In this document: positions 59,888 to 64,000 of the stretch, one piece after another | Layout: each line of letters opens with the position of its first letter | Numbering within the stretch: position 1 is the stretch's first letter | Assembly (NCBI GenBank): GCA_002104905.1 | Contig: MCFE01000203.1 | Coordinates: 1 to 64,000, forward strand | DNA: 64,000 bases | Reading direction: 5' to 3' | Source of the DNA: Basidiobolus meristosporus CBS 931.73 | Taxonomy: Eukaryota; Fungi; Basidiobolomycota | Notes under the pieces: generated by a model | What the model saw: only the letters and a program-made list of their open reading frames with translations | Told to the model about the DNA's origin: nothing | Database searches by the model: none | Made by a program: the position numbers and the translations under genes

Positions 59888-62800
59888 TGTTGAAATATTG
59901 GACTATTTGGTATCATTCAGCAGCTAAAAACTTGCGTATCAATTCTAGACTAGTCTCAGTCACTGTAGGACTCATTTACTGCCTTAACTTTGCCACTTTC
60001 TCTAGATATATGATCTTATGATTATTCCCTATAGTCAGGATCAAATTAGCACTATTACCAAACATTATGTACTAACCCTGAAACTGTTACAGAATACTCC
60101 TGAATATTGAGAAACCCTCCCTACTTAGTGTTGCAGCTGTATTACTTCTACAAAGGTATAAATACTGAGCTTCTTTATGAATAAACAACAGTTCAACTAT
60201 TATCACTATTTCTTGATAAGTTCCTTATATCCAAATCACTTCTTAAATTGCAACAGGTTATGAGCCCCGATTGCCTTAATCTATTCTAAAGATGACTTTG
60301 ACCAGCAAACAAAGCAACACCTACATCTTCCATGTAAAGGAGAGGCTTCATGGGAATAACTACAGACTTTGGAGAATCAAGATGCAGATCCACCTTGAGG
60401 AAAGAAAGCTTTGGAACATAGTAACAGGAAAGGAAGTTGAGCCCAAAGGAATAGCAGAAGATGTGGAGAAGTTTCAAGAGAAGGAGAGAAAGGCCTTTGA
60501 TGCCATATGCATCAATGAGCAAGACTTCTTCATTGGACAAATCCATGCCTCAAATACTGCCAAAGCAGCATGGGAATCCTTAGAGAAGATCTTTAGAGCA
60601 AAGTCAGTATCAAGCAAGCTTTATTTGAAACAAAAGTTCTTCAACATGAGGAAGAAGCCAGATGATGACATGCTACTACTCATTACCAGAATGGAGACAC
60701 TTGCAGAAGAACTTTACAGTATTAATGCTGGTGTAGATGAAGAAGAAAAGATACTCTGTCTGCTTTGCAGCCTACCAGACAAGTAAGAGCCACTAATACT
60801 TTCTTTTGAAAGCAGAGAAGACAACTTGATTTTAGAATATGTCAAAGGAACACTTCTCCATGAAGAGCTCAGATGTAATGATCAAGCAGAGAAAATTGAA
60901 GATGATGCATTATTCAGTTCAGAAAGGCATGCATAAAAGAATGGAAAGCAACAAAACCGAAGAAAACCTGGCTGCTGTAAATACTGTAAGAAGCCAGGAC
61001 ACTGGACAAGAGAATGCAAGAAGAAACAAGCAGACAAAAAACAGAAACTAGAGCAGGCAAACCATATAACCACTGATGAACAGTTATTTGTAACTGTACA
61101 AGAGAGTGCAAGTAACCAAAGTAATGAATGGTATATTGACTCTGGAGCATCACAGCATATTTGTGGTATAAAGGATTGGTTCAGCAACTTAAAGACTATT
61201 CCCATAAGAAAGGCTTATCTGCGAGATAACTCTGCATTGGAAGCTACTGCCAGTGGGTCTATACAACTAAATATGAGTGATATCTCCGGGGCAACAACAG
61301 CAAAACTAACCGACGTACTCTACATACCTGGAATAGCTAAGAACCTACTCTCAGTCAGTAAAGCAACTACTCAGGGACTGAAATTTGTTTTTACTAAGCT
61401 GAGCTACTCAATATTGAGTGAAAATGGACAAAAATTAGCTTTGGGAATCAGAGATCACAATATATACAAGTTACAATGCAAGATCATTGTACCTGAGTAT
61501 GTCAACATTGCTGAAACTGATGAAACTAACTGGGAGATGTGGCATAGGAGGCTAGGACACATTGGGGAACAGAATACAAGCCAATTGGTGAAAAATGAGC
61601 TTGTTTTAGGCCTAAATTACTCAACTCCAATCAGATTGAGTACCCGTAAGGGATGTTCATATGGCAAACAAGCTGGGCTATGTTTAAGGAGCTCAGGAGG
61701 CATCAATACTACCAAAGTATTGGCTATTGTACACTCAGACATATGTGGCCCCATGAGAACACTGTCCTTTGGAGTCAAGAGATACCTTATGATGTTTATT
61801 GATGACAAGACAAGATATGCATGGGTGTACTTCCTCAAAACAAAGGATGAAGCTTTAGAGACGTTTAAGCACTTCAAGAACATGGCAGAAACACAAACTG
61901 GGTGTAAATTAAAGGTATTACAAAGTGACAATGGAGGAGAATACTGCTCAGAGGAGTTTGCAAAATACTGCTTGTCTACTGGTAAACTTCAACAGACCAC
62001 AGCTCTTCATACTCCACAGCAAAATGGAGTAGCAGAACGTGCAGATAGAACAACAGTAGAGATGGGAAGATCTATGCTACATGATAAGGGAATGGACTAC
62101 AGGTTTTGGGCTGAATTGGTTGCCACTGCTGTATACATCAAGAACAGATGCCCAACAACAGCACCTACATGATTCTACGCCCTCTGAAGCATATACAGGC
62201 AAAAAACCAGATCTCCAGCACCTCAGGATCTTTGGCAGTGATGTTTTTTATCACATCCCTGACAAAAAATGCTCATAGTTGGAACTAAAGAGTAGGAAAG
62301 AGATCTTTCTTGGGTATTGTGAAGATACTAAAGGGTATAGAGTGTATGATGGCAAAACTCAGAAGCTGATCAAGAGCAGGGGCGTTGTATTTGAGGAGAA
62401 TCCAGATCAGAAAGCCATGGAAATCATTGGCCAGCTGCCTGATGATGCAATCAACACAAATGAAGAAGATACATACCAAGTCCAACCAGAGATGGAAGAT
62501 ACTTCTTTCAGTTCCAGATCAGAACAGATTATCCCAGTTAGGAGATCTACCAGAATAAGAAATGCCCCTGGATCCTGGTGGCAGACATCCAATGATAATG
62601 AAGAAGCTTATCTGGCCTTATGTGCCAAACCTCAGAATCTGGAACAGGCAATGCAAGGTCAAGATGCTACTAAGTGGCCACAAGCCATGCAGGAGGAGTA
62701 CCAATCACTGATCAAGGCAAAAATGTGGGAACTGGCAGACTTACCAAATGGGAAAAAGCCAATAGAATGTAGATGGGTCTACAAGATCAAGATAACCTCA

Positions 62801-63673
62801 AATGGTGCTGTTGATAAGTACAAGGCTAGATTGGTAGCTAAAGGCTATTCCCAGATCCAGGGACTAGACTTTAAGGAAACATTTGCTCTGGTTGCCAAGC
62901 TTAACTCTATTAGGACAGTTCTAGCCCTGGCAGCTATACACTGTCTAGATCTACTCCAAATGGACATCAAAACAGCCTTTCTAAATGGGGATTTGCAAGA
63001 AACTATATATATGGAGCAACCAGAAGGTTTTACCAATCCAAAAGGCCCCCACAAGATGTGCAAACTTAGAAAATTGTTGTATGGGCTTAAGCAGGCACCC
63101 AGAGCATGGTATAACAAGATTGACACATATCTAGAGGAAATTGGGTTCTCTTGTAGCACTGCAGATCAAAGTATATATGTGAAACAGCTCAAAAAGGGTG
63201 TGATCATCCTAGTTCTTTATGTGGACAACCTAATTATAGCTGCAAGTAATCAAGAGGCACTTAAACAGACGATATCAGATCTCTTCAGCAAGTTTGAGAT
63301 GAAAGATCTTGGAAAATTGAGCTATTTTCTTGGAATTGAGGTCAAATTTGACATACCTACGCAGAAAATTGTGCTAAATCAGTCTAAGTACATCAGGGAC
63401 ACTCTTAGATGCTTCAAAATAGAAACTTGCAAACCTGCAGTAACCCCTATGGACAATAACCTGAAATTAAGCAAATCTCAGCCAGTTATAGATGAAAACG
63501 GCTCAAGTATGGACCAAACCTTTTCCTATCAATCAATGGTTGGTAGCCTAATGTACTTAATGGTGTCTACACGTCCAGATATTGCAGTAGCAGTTGGAAT
63601 AGTTAGTCAATTCATGCAGAATTATGGATCAGATCAAATTGCAGCAGTTAAGCGGATTTTCAGATATCTAGGG
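59888..63673 (+). mobile_element. Ty1/Copia retrotransposon, 3'-truncated; 5' LTR 59888-60255
   Basis: TGTTGAAA..CAACA LTR, Gag, CKYCKKPGHWTREC, WYIDSGAS, WHRRLGH, HSDICGP/QSDNGGEY integrase and RT (YKARLVAKG, LYVDN). Several stops and a frameshift. No RNase H or 3' LTR. Confidence 0.93.
60256..60267 (+). promoter_or_regulatory. Half-tRNA(iMet) primer-binding site
   Basis: GGTTATGAGCCC directly after the LTR. It is complementary to the tRNAiMet anticodon arm GGGCUCAUAACC, as in Ty5 and Drosophila copia. Confidence 0.8.
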
Positions 63674-64000
63674 TGCAAGTGTGACCTTGTACTTGGTAGA
63701 ACCTGGCTATTTTGTTGTAATCCATCAGTCAACTGGAGAACCCATGCAGCTCAGATCCTGAAGGACAGCTAGATCTATGAGCTATTACATGCCAGACTGG
63801 ATTTTAACTTGGTCAATTCCAGTGTGTGCAAGACAAGTGAGCTTAGCAAGACACAGTTCTGTAGAGCACTTAGAAAAGGCATCCAGATGTTCTTCATGGC
63901 AGTATTACAGGAGGATTTCTCTACTCCAGTACCCCTGCAAGGTTAAGACTTGTTTGAAGAAATATTAAGATGTATTTCCAGATGAGCTTGTAAGCCTACC

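Larger units (their letters stand above)
58532..64000 (+). mobile_element. Gypsy copy Y3 (5' LTR 58532-58900), interrupted by Copia at 59888 and resuming at ~63674
   Basis: LTR is the reverse complement of the Y1 LTR type. PBS tggtagcagc at 58902, gag from 58959. From ~63674 the Y-family sequence resumes ([21 protein letters not shown]) and runs off the window. Confidence 0.9.

Noticed and set aside
32930-64000. RIP as the cause of TE decay
   Set aside because: CA/TG are plentiful while CG is lost, and the Y1 LTR transitions fall in mixed contexts. This fits CpG deamination better.
1-64000. CRISPR arrays, rRNA and tRNA genes
   Set aside because: No repeat-spacer arrays or cloverleafs were seen. 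The tRNA-like strings are retrotransposon primer sites.

Overview
Eukaryotic, fungal DNA: GT-AG introns with CTAAC-type branch points. An early-diverging lineage is my unverified inference. The window has two sharply separated compartments. (1) ~1.5-32.2 kb is a compact, CpG-rich gene island: 7TM GPCR, SRPBCC/Bet v1 protein, Aha1, Sec14, septin Cdc10, CENP-H-like protein, FSH1 hydrolase, LEA_2 membrane protein, Mpr1/Spt10-type GNAT, an intronless group III hybrid histidine kinase with 17 complete 92-aa poly-HAMP units, three paralogous secreted Asp-Tyr-repeat proteins (two forming an 834-bp-arm palindrome), and a head-to-head beta-TrCP/Cdc4 F-box pair. (2) ~32.9-64 kb (and 1-520) is a CpG-stripped, nested transposon block: CACTA/Tnp2-like relics with a divergent second ORF, a TA-flanked foldback element, a young 3.6-kb LTR element encoding only Gag-protease, three copies of one Ty3/Gypsy family inserted within ~270 bp of original target, and a Ty1/Copia element with a half-tRNA primer site. 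No rRNA, tRNA or CRISPR was seen. Best leads: the secreted DY-repeat locus, the Gag-PR-only element and its nesting, and the long poly-HAMP kinase. All alignments and counts were done by eye; no database searches were run.
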